DNA of 62,260 nucleotides, filler included, from Stramenopiles sp. TOSAG23-6 (GCA_900128565.1; 31 parts of 31 records of this genome joined end to end with filler, not necessarily neighbours in it), one strand, 5' to 3'; shown: positions 38,584-52,267, numbered from the whole stretch's first letter. Made by a program: numbers and translations. The notes: generated from the sequence alone by a model not told the origin.

Positions 38584-40046
38584 ATTTTTTCCCTTCTTTA
38601 ATAAAAGTTTGACTGTCTCTGCATATTTTTTCCAAACCTCATGTGTAATAAATGGAGGGTCAACAATTATAAAATCAAATGTGTTTTTTAAGTTTTCTGG
38701 AAATTTTTTTGGAGAATTAAAATCATATTTGACAAATCCAGAATATAGTGTGAAAAAATATTTCAAAAAAAATCTAAAAAAATTTGTTAGGTACAAAATT
38801 TTTATAAAAAAAAAAATACATTTGAAATTGAAATGAAAACGTGCATGACTGGACCATTGTTTATCAAAATCAAAGACTTTACCAGATTCTTGAAGTCGTA
38901 CTGGAAGTGAAAAATATATACTCGGTGTTGATAGGCAGCATACAGAAGTACCAAATGTAATAGCCTCAGCAACTATTGTGTTGATTGTATTTGTCGAATA
39001 CCAATATTGATTCAGACCGTGTATTTTGGAAAAATATTTCAAAAAAATTCGTTAGGTACAAAATTTAGTACTAAAACAAAATTTGAAATTGAAAACAAAA
39101 TAAAACATATATGAGCTTCTGGACAATTATTCAAGAAATCATTTTTACTCTCACTTTTACACATTTTTTCCATGCGAACTTTTTTCGCTGAAGCTTCCTT
39201 ACGATCAGCTGCATCCCAACGGGCAGCTCGACGTGCTGTTTGTGCAGCCACAAGTTTTCGTTGCTCCTCTTTCCAATATTTCATTTCTTCTTCTATACTA
39301 GAAAATATTGGAAGATCCTCATTTTGTTTATTTGTTGGAGGTGTAGAAAATATTGGAAGATCCTCATTTTGTTTATTTGTTGGAGGTGTTGGAGGAATAA
39401 TACAACGATTATACTGAATTGGTGATATTGATTGTATTCTCTTCATGTTTTNATGTGCGAATTTTTCCAATTCCGAGAGATCTTTTTCATTATGAAATTC
39501 TACTGTAGCGTGCTTCAATCTTTCCTCATTTGATATCTGTGCATCCACACGAGTTGCGGCATTTTCAGCAGAAAGACTATTACGCAACTGAAGGCGTTGT
39601 ATTGCAATATCACGAGAAACATGGGTCACCCATATTTCGTCTGCAAGATCCATCCACTTTGCCTCTATAAGGACAGCTGCTTCAAAGACAAAAACAGAAG
39701 GTTGCTTGCTCAGTTTTGCTGCACAACGAGCTTTGGTTATTTCTTCTTCAAGCATTTTTCGAATATTTGGCCAACAAATATCTGTCAAGCATTTCATTTG
39801 AGTCGCATCTGAAAACACAATATTACCAAGTGCTTTGCGGTCAATATTACCGACGTCATCTACGACGATATCCCCAAAGACAGAAGTAATTTCGTCGAAA
39901 CAAGGTGTTCCAATTTCGTAACATTTATGACCTAACTTATCTGCATCAACTAAAGTAGCACCAAGTTTAACCAGAACTTTGGCCAGGGTTGATTTGCCAC
40001 TAGCAATACCACCAGTTACACCAATAACTTTGAAATGACTCGTCAT
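38584..40046 (-). CDS. Dephospho-CoA kinase fused to an EEF1AKMT1/Efm5-type lysine methyltransferase; introns 39019-39110 (AT-AC) and 38743-38844 (GC-AT)
   Basis: IGVTGGIASGKST, DADKLGH, IDRKALG, EAAVLIEA; then LNQYWYS, CCLSTPS, YDFN, IVDPPF. Confidence 0.85.
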
Positions 40047-40411
40047 TAGAACTTTTCTATACAGCAAACTTAGCAAACTTGAAATTGGAAGCTAAAAATA
40101 AAATGCTTAAGAAAAACATCAGTCATCATGACATCATGAATCATGATGATCGATCTGATCATTCTGATCTCAAGATCCAGTTGAAACTTAAGGTAGTCGG
40201 GTAAATCTGAGCAGATTTGTCCACGGGCGATATTCCAAAACTNNNNNNNNNNNNNNNNNNNNNNNNNNNNNNNNNNNNNNNNNNNNTTAATTAATTAANN
40301 NNNNNNNNNNNNNNNNNNNNNNNNNNNNNNNNNNNNNNNNNNAAAATATGAAACGCAGTATTATAAACGAATAAGTGAAATAAACGGGAAACAGTTCAGA
40401 ACTATAACATA

Positions 40412-40496
40412 CTTTTGATGCAATTGCAGCAGCAAGCTCATGATAACTGAAGCTCTCATCCTCCGATAGTTCTTGGAGAATTTGCAAGACAAGTTG
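40412..40496 (-). CDS. 26S proteasome Rpn2/PSMD1 N-terminal exon fragment
   Basis: LQELSEDESFSYHELAAAIASK| followed by a GTATGT donor. Confidence 0.6.
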
Positions 40497-40867
40497 CTGG
40501 TAGGTCTGTTAGCCCTACAAAACAACAAAATGGTGGTTTTGTCATTGCAGCACCGAAAGAATTTCTTGGAAAAAATGCCCCTTACAAGAAATTTTTACAG
40601 TCACAATTGCCAACTTAAAAAGTTATTCTTAAGTACATTTTTTTCTTTTGATGTCAACACTTTCAAATATTCAAATATTCAAATATTACGAGATTGTTGA
40701 ATATATTATTCCAGATGAAGTTGGAATCAAATGAAAAAGTTTGACTTTCTCATTGCAAGTTGGAAGAAATAGGTTGTAACTAGAAAGAGTAATCAAACAA
40801 GAATATTTATAAACACATACAATGTTCCAATGGATAGTAAAACATGTTAAAACTTCTTCTTAAAATA

Positions 40868-42249
40868 TTATTTGCTATCAAATCTTTCCTTCAGTATTTC
40901 TGTCACGTCAACTTGTCCTGTCAATACCGATTGCATGGATCGATCAAAGTGAGCATGTCCACGTTTCACATCCTTTTTATAACTCTTCCCTGCTCCATAG
41001 TCTGCCCACATTTTGCCAGCAAAGAAATCCTTTCCTTTTACAATTCTGGTAAGCTTATCACCGAATAATTTACCACCAAATAATGGAAGTTGGGCAGATC
41101 CTCCATTACGACCTGTCGTCACTATCATTGCTCTGGGTTTATTCCACTTCCATGTTTTCATACTTGCAGAGGAGCTGTTAAGCAATTGAACAACATTATA
41201 TGCAACTATTTTTCCCTGTTCACCTGCAATCATTGCCATCTTTGGATCATCACTATCACAACAGTCTCCAATTGCAAACATTCGATTCCTTCCTTTAATT
41301 TGTAAATATTCATCAACTTTATATTGTCCAATATCATTCATGCACTTGGACATTGTCTTGTTTAACAACGTGTCTGTACTTATCGTANNNNNNNNNNNNN
41401 NNNNNNNNNNNNNNNNNNNNNNNNNNNNNNNNNNNNNNNNNNNNNNNNNNNATCATCAGTATTGGGACACGCAGAAATTTTAACGGGGCCGCGTAAGTAG
41501 TCTTGATTGACGTTTTCAGGAGAGGTGACTGTATATCCAAGCAAGAGTTTCACTCCAAGTTTTCTTAGATTTTCTTGTGCTTTTACTACAAACCCTTCTT
41601 TAAACCAGGACCCTTTTGATATAAGAGATAAATGTCGATGTACAAGTGTAACTTCAATACCTGGATTATCTTGTTTTATCTCACCTGCAGCTTCAACACC
41701 AACGGCTCCACCGCCGATAATTGCGACAGATTTAGCTGCCTTTACTTCGTTTGAGATATTTTGTAACATATTAACAATATTTGTCACCCCGTCTGTAGCA
41801 TTGATGATGGGAGTATTGCCTGGCTTAAAAGGAAATGCATAATCTGAACCAGTTGCTACTACGCAAGCATCAAATGGAAAAGTCCGACCATCGGNNNNNN
41901 NNNNNNNNNNNNNNNNNNNNNNNNNNNNNNNNNNNNNNNNNNNNNNNNNNNNNNNNNNNNNNNNNNNNNNNNNNNNNNNTTGAATCCACAAGACAGCGAA
42001 TAGAACCAATGGAATTAAATATGAATGTTTCCTTTTCAATAACGGTTAGATCAATACCTTGAATTTTTTCAAGGGCGATGATGGCATCTTTCCCACCAAA
42101 ACCAGCACCAACAACAACAACTTTGTTCTTATTTGCAGGTACACTTGCATAACGCGAAAAACCAGAGAGAAAGCGACCAATTTTTTTAAAAGAAAACAAT
42201 GAACCAGCTAAACTATCTGGATTATTCTTATTTTTGCTCCACCAACTCT
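40868..42249 (-). CDS. AIFM2/FSP1-like FAD-dependent NAD(P)H oxidoreductase (spans N gaps)
   Basis: VVVVGAGFGG, VVATGS, IIGGGAVGVEAAGEI, VDEYLQ..FAIGD, KGKDFF. Confidence 0.85.
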
Positions 42250-42402
42250 NNNNNNNNNNNNNNNNNNNNNNNNNNNNNNNNNNNNNNNNNNNNTTAATTA
42301 ATTAANNNNNNNNNNNNNNNNNNNNNNNNNNNNNNNNNNNNNNNNNNNNACAAAATTTCGTACGAAAAAAAAACTTCGAATTTGAAAAAAAATAAAACAT
42401 AC

Positions 42403-43506
42403 ATCGTGTTTGTATCCTTTAGAATCATCCAATGCTGCCTTCCTTTGAGATAAAAAGAAGACACCGGCAATAATTGTCACGGCGCCAATGGCAAATCCAA
42501 AAAGTTGTGATGCCGAGAGAAGACGAAATTCTTTAAAATAAATAGCACCAGAGACAATTGAACCAGATATAAAAAAACATTGAAATAGCGGAACGACATA
42601 TACTGCGTCAAAAAATTGTAATCCAACGGCGAGAAAATGAAGTTGCATCAAAATACAAACAACCATCAAGACTATAACTACATATGGTAAAAAATGCACA
42701 AATTGATTATCACCATTTACTGAAACTTTGATCAATTCAGCTGTTGATTTTGCAAATAATACATCTTGAGCGCCAATCAGCCCTGACATGGAAGGATAAA
42801 TGAATCGATGTAATTTTTGATATTTTGTATATCTCGGATCGGCTGTTCCATAGGTTGAACGAAGATACAGTAAACGCCTTCCGGAGATATGCAGTGTCGA
42901 AAAAGCTATTGTAAATAATATAATGTACACTATAAAAAGTGGTTCGTAATAAAGATCTAATAACTCAGATGCTGTGAAACATTGTGAATCTTTTGGTGCA
43001 AATATGGTAATTATGAGCACACCACTCAACAATAATCCAGTCGCAAAAAGATCTTTTTTCGTAATATGTTCTTTGAGCCAAAAATGAGCAAAACCTATAT
43101 TGAATATCATTGTTGAACCTCCAACTGGAATAATTAAAGATTGTGCAGCAAAACCAAGGGCAATAAAGTCGCCTACAGAACCAAATATTACTAGGCCCAA
43201 ACCAAGAAACCATATTGGTTGAGCTAAATACGAACGCCGTTGATCACCAGTTAGTTCAACGCGCTCTTGCTCTTTGTTTTGTGAAAACTTTTGCACATTG
43301 ACGCCAAGATTAGACGCAGCTGAGGCAAAAATACTAAGTAGAACACCAACGTACCATAAAGAATTTTCATCTTCACCATCAACTTTTGGGCAGGTTCCTG
43401 GAACATGTGGAGGCAATACAGAATTTGGATTACTAGGCTCGGCTGATTCAACAAGAAACCTTGCGCCAAATGAAAAACCATTCGTAGCATCTAGAAAATT
43501 TTCCAT
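42403..43506 (-). CDS. NIPA-family Mg2+ transporter, first exon
   Basis: NLGVNVQK, W..GL...GSVGDFIALGFAAQSLIIP, FAKSTAEL, FDAVYVVP, GAIYFKEF. Confidence 0.9.
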
Positions 43507-44412
43507 TGAAACAAAACCAATACTACCAATTAGTATCTATTTTGGTAACATGTCCTCTTAACCAATGTCATATTATCGATTAGTAAGTGAAATAGAACAC
43601 CAGAGGCAGGATTCCAAGGAAAACAAAACATTAAACCAAAAGCATCAAATCTCAAAATCCGGGTCATGACTCATGACGCGCGCTCTTCTGTGATTTAAAA
43701 AAAAACTTTTATTTCGTGTTTTTCATAATTGTCACATCATTATAATTTATAGTATATACCTACATATTGATTTCAAAATGCGGTCAGTGATTAAAAGTTC
43801 TCCGGAATATTTTAATTTTTAAGAATGATGCAAGAAAAATGCTGAAAAATGCTGAAAAATAAAAAATATTTTGTTTCAAAATTCAAACGAGACAAAAAAA
43901 AGTCAATTCATAAATTTTGTTCATCATTCATTTATTAAATATGCTTTTTAAAACCTGTGAACTAAAATCATTCGTTCTTTCATTCTCTTGTATTTTACTT
44001 TCTGGTGCAATTCTCTGCCTATATAAATTATCAACAGCCACAATATTCAATTTCTTGGTATTCTTTCTGTCACCTTTAAAACAGTAATTATTTTTAATGT
44101 TTGTCATCCTACCATCAGGAGAGAGAACTCTAAATAAAATATCAGAATTCGAATCTATTTGTTTTCTTAACTTAACTTTTGTATTTTTATAATTGGATTG
44201 TTCATTGACATAAATTGTATTACATCGTCTATTTTTTCTGTGTTCCCATCCTTCANNNNNNNNNNNNNNNNNNNNNNNNNNNNNNNNNNNNNNNNNNNNT
44301 TAATTAATTAANNNNNNNNNNNNNNNNNNNNNNNNNNNNNNNNNNNNNNNNNNNNTTCGTACGAAATTTTGTACCTAATGATTTTTTTTTGAAATATTTT
44401 TCCAAAATACAT

Positions 44413-44575
44413 CCTCGACATAGAACATGCAGAAGTTGGTAAAGAATTACAAGTCGAGATTAATGATTTTGGACAGAAAATAACTAGGGTTTCTTGCAGT
44501 ATCAGTGATTTCCCGTTTCAAAGAGCAAAGTTGCAAAGAGCTCGTTCAAAAACCTCTTCTAATGTATCATCATAA
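44413..44575 (+). CDS. GcvT/aminomethyltransferase C-terminal domain, last exon
   Basis: LDIEHAEVGKELQVEI...SISDFPF after an introner end. Confidence 0.55.
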
Positions 44576-44961
44576 TTCGTGGTGAATCGTACTATTCAAT
44601 TATTCCATATCTATACTACGAAACGTTATGAATAATTATTCCATATCTATACTACGAAACGTTATGAATAATTTTGTATAATAAGCAAAAGTGTGAAAAA
44701 TGATTTTGTACATTATTTTATTCAATTTTTTTTGTTAGTAAATTTTGTACCCAAATAAAAAAAAATTTGAAATTGAAATATTTTGTTGACTTTTTTTTGC
44801 CTTGTAAGCGGTTGGAGGCTTAGCACACAATCACTGTAAATCTTATATTATATTACATTACACAAAGAACAACATATAGGTCATTTGTACTTGTATTGTA
44901 TTAGTAAAGGTATATCCGTCTATTCTTTATTACAGCATACTATTGTATATATTTAGAAATA

Positions 44962-45989
44962 ATGAGTGTTTTGGCCCCTGTCAATGAAGGACGTTTTTTT
45001 GGTAAACCACTTCCAGAATCTTGTATTTTATAGATTGTACTAATCAAGACAAATATATATTTGATATCATTGTTGTGTATCCATTTCTGTTATTATTGTG
45101 ATATTGTTGATGTTGTTTGTATTGCGTTTGGAAGTTTATTAGGTAGAAAAATATTTTCTCGTGCGTTAGCTGCAAAAACGATGGAGTGCTATTGGAGTTT
45201 ATCCATTCATTTTCATACACAAGCTGACCCTGCATTTTGTGGTTTAGGTGCTTTAGTCACTGTTCTAAATGCTCTTGCAGTTGATCCAATGAAACAATGG
45301 AAAGGTGTTTGGAGGTTTTATGATGAAACAATGTTAGATTGTTGTAGACCACTCAAAGAAATCAAAAAAAAAGGATTATCTTCCAAGAAATTATTGTGTT
45401 TAGCAAAATGTAATGGTTGTGATGTACAATGGTTTGACGCGTCAAATAGTACAGTCAATACTTTTAGAGAGTGTATATTACTTACATGTATCTTCTAGTT
45501 GTTTTCAATTTTTTTTTTGTAAAATTTTTTTTATAGTACATTTTGTACCTAACAATTTTTTTAGATTTTTTTTAGATTTTTTTTTTTTTGAAAATTTGAA
45601 TTTTTTTTTTTGTAAATTTTTTTTTTTCGTACGAAATTTTGTACCTAACAATTTTTTCAATGGGTTTTCATAAGACATGTCAAGCTTTAGACGTTGGTGG
45701 TGTTGACAACTGTACAAAAACTCACGCACGAAATATGTATAGTTCAAGTGTTACACCATATACATCGCAGCAAATGATTGAGCATGTACATAATGACAAA
45801 AATAGTCTACAAAACAATGATACTGGTGACGTCACCACCACCTCAACATCATCAACACAGTCAATTATGATTATTAGTTATTGTCGAAAAATATTAGGTC
45901 AAACAGGCGGCGGTCATTTTTCACCTATTGCAGGTTATGACGCAGAGACAGACCGTGTGCTTATTCTTGATGTAGCTCGATTTAAATAT
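44962..45989 (+). CDS. Phytochelatin synthase, 5' exons; introns 45023-45118 and 45488-45678
   Basis: [61 protein letters not shown]. Confidence 0.93.
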
Positions 45990-46048
45990 GTATGTTTGTA
46001 TCATAATTTTAGTTTTTATGTTTTTTTTTCAATGTTTTTTTTTCGTAG

Positions 46049-46228
<180 letters not shown>

Positions 46229-46361
46229 TAAATTCTCATCATGAATTTTTTACCAATTTCGNNNNNNNNNNNNNNNNNNNNNNNNNNNNNNNNNNNNNNN
46301 NNNNNTTAATTAATTAANNNNNNNNNNNNNNNNNNNNNNNNNNNNNNNNNNNNNNNNNNNN

Positions 46362-46412
<51 letters not shown>

Positions 46413-48264
46413 TAAACAAATCATTAGGTACACTATTTCGTACGAAAAATCAATAAATTCAATTTTGGACACGTACATCAGTTTCACCAGCAAATTTTGA
46501 AAATACTGATGGTATGGGATATTTTAAATACGGTGCTTTTGTGTTAGGACCTAAAAGTTCCGCAGAGCCATATGCTGTGGAACCAGGACCATGATATGAA
46601 TTCATTCCAACGGCTACCTTGGACCTTGTATTGGAAGAAAGACGTTGTCTTTGCATTAACAAATCAACAGCGGCATTGACTGCACTAGTACCTTCCACTT
46701 GGAGAGATACACACCAATCATTTTCATTTACCCATGGAAGATGTGGTTCAAGTGTAGTGATAAAGTTATCCAAAGATAAAGGGATGCCAGCTGATGTATG
46801 GATACTCAAGTTAGGAGCAGGTTCTCCAGAGAAAAGTTTACCAATTGCATCTGTATGAAGATTGTAACCACTTTGAAGTATTTTTGCAAGACGAGGGCCA
46901 CTAAAAGCTTCACTNCAAGCTGTTCCTATTGCATATGTATCTTTAATTTGGCCATCAGGGTAAATTTGAGAATAAATGGCACCATTTTTCTGTAATGTTT
47001 TTGGATACGACGTTCCCAGTTTTTGTCTACCTGCATAACGCTGCGACGTATTTATTGTACGTCTACTCCCACGGACATTACTTTTCTTAATTAAATGACA
47101 CAATAACTCTCTAGTTAATTTAGAAGACTGCATAGTATTTACTAGATTTTAGACTNATCCCAATATCTACTGGAAAGTAGAATCAGCAGATAAAACTGAA
47201 AAAGGAGTCATAGGAAAGTGATTATATTTTAAATAGAAAAAAGAACGACGGGAAAAATCGAATCTATAATCGAAACTTCCTAAAAAAACATCAATCAAAA
47301 AAAAATTGACTTAGGGTTAGGGGTTAGAGAGAGAACCGGAGAACCATTCCCTTGGGAGAACCGGGTAAAAAAAAATTCTTCTTTTTATTTTTTTGTAAAT
47401 AAAATTATTTCTTATTTTACTGCAGTAAACCCAAATCTTCCGCAGCTTTATCTAAATCCAGTGGCATATTTTCAGACATCTTTAAATCTGTACTAAAATT
47501 TTGTACATTTGTACTACTACCTGAAGAAGGAACACTTTTATCCTGTGTTGGTGAAATATATGTCAAGTGTACAATTTGTTACAACTTTGTTAGTAAAATT
47601 TTTTTTTTTTTTTTTTAAAATTATGAAAAAAATTTCTATATTTTTTTTTTTTAATGTATAATGAAAAAGTACATGATCTGTAAACATCCCATGCATTGCT
47701 TTACATTGATCTTTATAGTGTTTCATACCATCCAAAGAACAACCTAAATCTCGTAAACACGCGTAAGCAACATCTTCACAAATAGAATGATTATTTCTTG
47801 ACATTCGTAAAATATTTTCAGCATCTTCATCTAAAATTATTTGTTGTAATTCTTTATTTCGTGATACTAAATTACGCAATAACAAACAACCAAACCGAAC
47901 AAGATTTTTCTTATCTTGCATTACTTTCATTGCTTTTAATACAAGTGAATGAGCCCCACATGCAACAACAATTGAACAAATTGTTGGTTGGCGCAGAGTA
48001 ATTGCTGATAAAAGTTTTATACCCTGTAATTGAATCTGTTTTTTTTAAATATATATTTTGAAAATAATAAAATGTATTAGTGTTTTGTATCAATTAAAAA
48101 TATTACATTTATATAATATATGTAAATAATGTATGTATATAATACATTTGGAAAAAAATATTTTTCTTAGGTACAAAATTTCGTATGAAAACCAAAAAAA
48201 AAAAACAATAAATAAATTTGAAATTCATAATGAAAACAAACATTTGCCTCATTAGGAAATTTTG
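46362..48264. repeat. Near-identical redundant copy of contig 34316-36225 (aminotransferase plus ARMC6)
   Basis: Offset 12046; ambiguous N positions are shared; differences only in the last intron. Confidence 0.95.
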
Positions 48265-48876
48265 NNNNNNNNNNNNNNNNNNNNNNNNNNNNNNNNNNNN
48301 NNNNNNNNTTAATTAATTAANNNNNNNNNNNNNNNNNNNNNNNNNNNNNNNNNNNNNNNNNNNNTTTTTTCAAATTCGAGTTTTTTTTTCGTACGAAATT
48401 TTGTACCTAACAAATTTTAGGTTTTTTTTTTTTGAAATATTTTTCCAAAATACAATTGTTCATTTGTACCAAATGTACCAAGAGTTGTCACATCAGGATC
48501 TAATTGTTTAATATCAATTTGGGAATTTCCGGATAAACAGTACTTGCAATCGGTAGCTTACGAGTAATACTACTAATTTGGCTACAAAAAAAAAATAAAA
48601 AAAATAAAAACATAAAAAAAATTCATTTTAAAACCAATTCACTATATTTCGTGATTTCGTGTCTTTTGACTGACTTTCACCACCATCTGATCAGACTGAT
48701 CTCACACACAGGTGTTGACATCAAAAAAGTCGAGCAGAGAACTGCTTTGCACTTGTAAACACAGACAACCATTTTCAGTGCTTACTTCTGTTTGTTCTGT
48801 ATAGAAAACAAAGCATTGCTGCTTGGTCGTATATAAAAGTAGTTTCTTGAGTTTTTCTGTTCTTTTGTGAATTTTA

Positions 48877-50166
48877 ATGGAATTCCGAAATCACAGAAAG
48901 AAAGTAGAAAATATATTTTATGCGCTTTGCTTGTTCATTGCGTTACTGCTACTATTTAGTTGGTCTGAAAGCGGCGTCTCTGGCTCAAGTCAGTGCGCTG
49001 GAAGACTTGAACCATTTGCTTCCCCTGGTTTAACTGATGTGGTAATCACCTATTATAATGACACAGACGCTCAGGTAAAACCTTTGAATGTGAGGAAGGA
49101 TTTTATGTGTGGAATTGGGCTTGCTGACTGTGATCCTGAAGGAGACCGCCACTGCTGTCTAGATTATTTAGCATCAGGACTTGACAAATATAATGTTAGA
49201 AGAGAGAAAAAAGATCAAATTCCTTTGGGAATGTGCGGCAACGGACCAGATTTCTGCAATTGTAAAGACTGTATAGATTTTCGTGATTATGCAGCAAAGG
49301 AGGGTGTCGGTGGAGGTGAAATACGTTGGACTCTACGAGGAATTGCAAAGTTTATGGGCATATTCGATAAAAAGAATAACCCAAAGGGTTTAGTTCGTCG
49401 TATATTCATCGCATATAATTCTTTGAGTGGTAATGGACCTCCTGATTTCATTAATTGGTCTCTTGACGAATCGCGTTCAAATTCTGATGGATCACCAAAT
49501 TTTGGAATTTGTGAGGATTCCAATGGGGTTCCAAAAAATGATGATTTACATAAAGTCTACGTAGCTGATGGTTCCAATGGCAAGATTATTGCCGTTCCAC
49601 ATTGTTACTATTTCCCACCAGGAGGTTCACCTCCAGCAAAATCTCCATCAAAATGTGCCATGACACTCCACAGAATTCCTGGACTTTCAGATCCATTTTT
49701 TTACTTTGAAGATGATATGGTCCCCATTCGTCCATTTTCAAAAAAACAGTGGTATGAAAATGGGATGTTAAAGTCTCATCTTAGTGATCTCATGGGACTA
49801 TTTGCTGCTGACGAATGGCATCTGGCAATGTCTCGAGGAATAAATTTACTATCTAAAAAATTTGGTACAAGAATTCGTAGAATGGAAGGTATCCATGTAA
49901 TTTTTTCATCATGAATTTTTCTAATTTTTTATCGAATGTTTTTTTTCATACGAAATTTTGTACCTAACAAATTTTAGTTTTTTTTTTTGAAATATGTTTT
50001 GATAAAAAATGTTCCTGTTTTACACTCTGATTGTATATGGAATGAAATTAAATCAATTTGGCCTGATGAATACAAAAATTCTGTAATTGATCAAGTTCCT
50101 TTGCGAGATCTCAATGCTCACACTTTTTTAGGTAATTATATGCAAGATACAGGACTCGGCGTAAAT
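48877..50166 (+). CDS. Stealth-family phosphoglycosyltransferase with signal anchor and an inserted Cys module; GT-AT intron 49897-50010
   Basis: DVVITY (CR1), GEIRWTLRGIAKF and LHRIPGLSDPFFYFEDD (CR2), H|VP (CR3). Confidence 0.8.
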
Positions 50167-50367
50167 GTATGTTTTAATTTTTTTTTTTAACAAAAAATCG
50201 AGTTTTTTTTCGTACGAAATTTTGTACCTAACAAATTTTTTTAGATTTTTTTTGAATTTTTTCACAANNNNNNNNNNNNNNNNNNNNNNNNNNNNNNNNN
50301 NNNNNNNNNNNTTAATTAATTAANNNNNNNNNNNNNNNNNNNNNNNNNNNNNNNNNNNNNNNNNNNN

Positions 50368-51282
50368 ATTAGATGATGATGAACTTGATTTTCGTTTTTT
50401 TCCACTACTACTACTACTACTACTACTATTTGATACTACATGTGGTACATTCTCATCATCATTAATATCATTAAATGGTTCCAACTTAACAGATAGTTTC
50501 GTTTCTTGTTCTTGAAATGTTTTTGTCAACTTTTTTAAACCATTCAAACGATCACTTTGTTCCTTTTGTGCTTCAATAGCTTCTTTATACTCTTTCTCAG
50601 CATCAGCAATAGCACTCTCTATTTTTTCCATATTCGTTTTTGCAGATTCAAGTCTTTTCTTTGCTGCTGATAATTTCTTTTTTGCCTTTTCAACTGCAAT
50701 CTTAGCATTTTTTACTTTATTACTTTTTTCTTCTTTTTCAATCTTGCCTTCCAAAACAACAACGGATTCTTCATTGACTTTTCTCATTTCTTTTATTTTA
50801 GAAACTTCTTCATACGCTTTATCGGTTTTCTCTTTACATAACATGTATAATGTGCTCAAAGCAGATTCGACTTCCTTTGTAAAAGTTTTTTTATGTATAA
50901 ACACAGGTTGCAACATATCCAAACTTGACTTTTGAAGGATGCACTCATCAGACTTTGTGACTAACTCTATTACCTGTGTAATAGCCTCAATGATATCTTT
51001 GGATTGTTTAGCCTGGATACATTTAAACAATATAGAGTCAACATTGTTTGTTTTCTTCGCTTGTTGTTCTTTCCACTCGATACATTGTGATTTACAAAGA
51101 AAGTTTGTTACAAGGTTCGTGTGAGCCAACACCTCATTAGTTAAAGGCGAAGTATTTTTGGTAACAAAGTGTTGCACAATTGCTGTTCGTTCATACGTGT
51201 GACCATCCGCAGCAAATACTGGATTTTCAAACAACTCGCATGTTATAGGGCATATTAAATTATTCGGTGCTTCCTGAGGCAT
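50368..51282 (-). CDS. U-box domain and coiled-coil protein
   Basis: LICPITCELFENPVFAADGHTYERTAI..TSPLTN..L..N. Confidence 0.9.
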
Positions 51283-52172
51283 TATCTGTACTATTTACAC
51301 AATTAACTATAATTATATAATATTACGAGAAGATGGATGATGATGATGCTGATGACAAGGGACGACGATAAATAAATGCGAGTTTTGTGGGTGCGTGTAG
51401 CGTGTCAAAAACTGACATGAAAAAAAAGGGTACCAGGTACCGTAAATATAATATTTTTTTTGAAATCCAATTATTTTTTTTGACTCTCTTCTCTTCTTCA
51501 ATTGTGTAGTGTAAAATAGGAGGACAAAAAAATAATACAAATGAATACAAATTGATGTTAGAAAGTATTTTCACAGCTTGACTCGATAGAAACACAAACC
51601 AGTACATAATGCAACACGCAAATACTTTAATGTGGAAATAAAACATACCAACCCCACGACGTCTTTGCATTTTTATTCAACTCCCGCTCATTCATGGGAC
51701 GAAAACGAACAGACACGGTAATGTTTTCTGTCTTCATTGTTATTGAATAGGAATAAAATCAATGAATCAAAGCTTAACCGATATTAAATAATGAGCGCCA
51801 ACTGAACAACAGTAGTATGACGTATACTTTGATACTAGAAGTTGAGGGATGAAAGAATATATGAACTAATTTCCCCTCTAATTACAGTCTTTCTTTTTAC
51901 ACAGTTCTTTCTTTCTATTTTCTTTTTCCAAGAATATTATTCTTTTGAATTTTTTTGATGCCACAAAGTCAAAGCAATTGCCGCGTATCTCAAAAACACG
52001 AATTCCGAAGTTGTTGTCTAACCCTAACCCTAATGTCATTTTTCTCACACCGTGTCATTGATTGAAAAGAAGAAAGTCGTCTTCTTCTTCGTCCTCTTAC
52101 TCCCCCACACACTGCGAGGAGATCATTTTTTTAGAAAATACACAGAAATACATTAATATATAAGCTAGTAGG

Positions 52173-52267
52173 ATGCATCGTAATCACTATGACACTGACG
52201 TGACAACGTGGTCACCAAATGGTCGATTATTCCAGGTCGAGTATGCAATGCAGGCTGTCCGTCAGGG
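52173..52267 (+). CDS. PSMA1: 20S proteasome subunit alpha type-1 (alpha6), 5' fragment
   Basis: [32 protein letters not shown]. Confidence 0.9.

Noticed and set aside
9666-45033. Nuclear UAG reassignment suggested by in-frame TAGs at 9666 and 45031
   Set aside because: TAG terminates UFM1 and STX18 at the expected positions, and the PCS TAG lies inside an insert.
46362-48264. Recent segmental duplication of aminotransferase plus ARMC6
   Set aside because: Shares even ambiguous bases with 34316-36225; a redundant assembly or allelic bubble.
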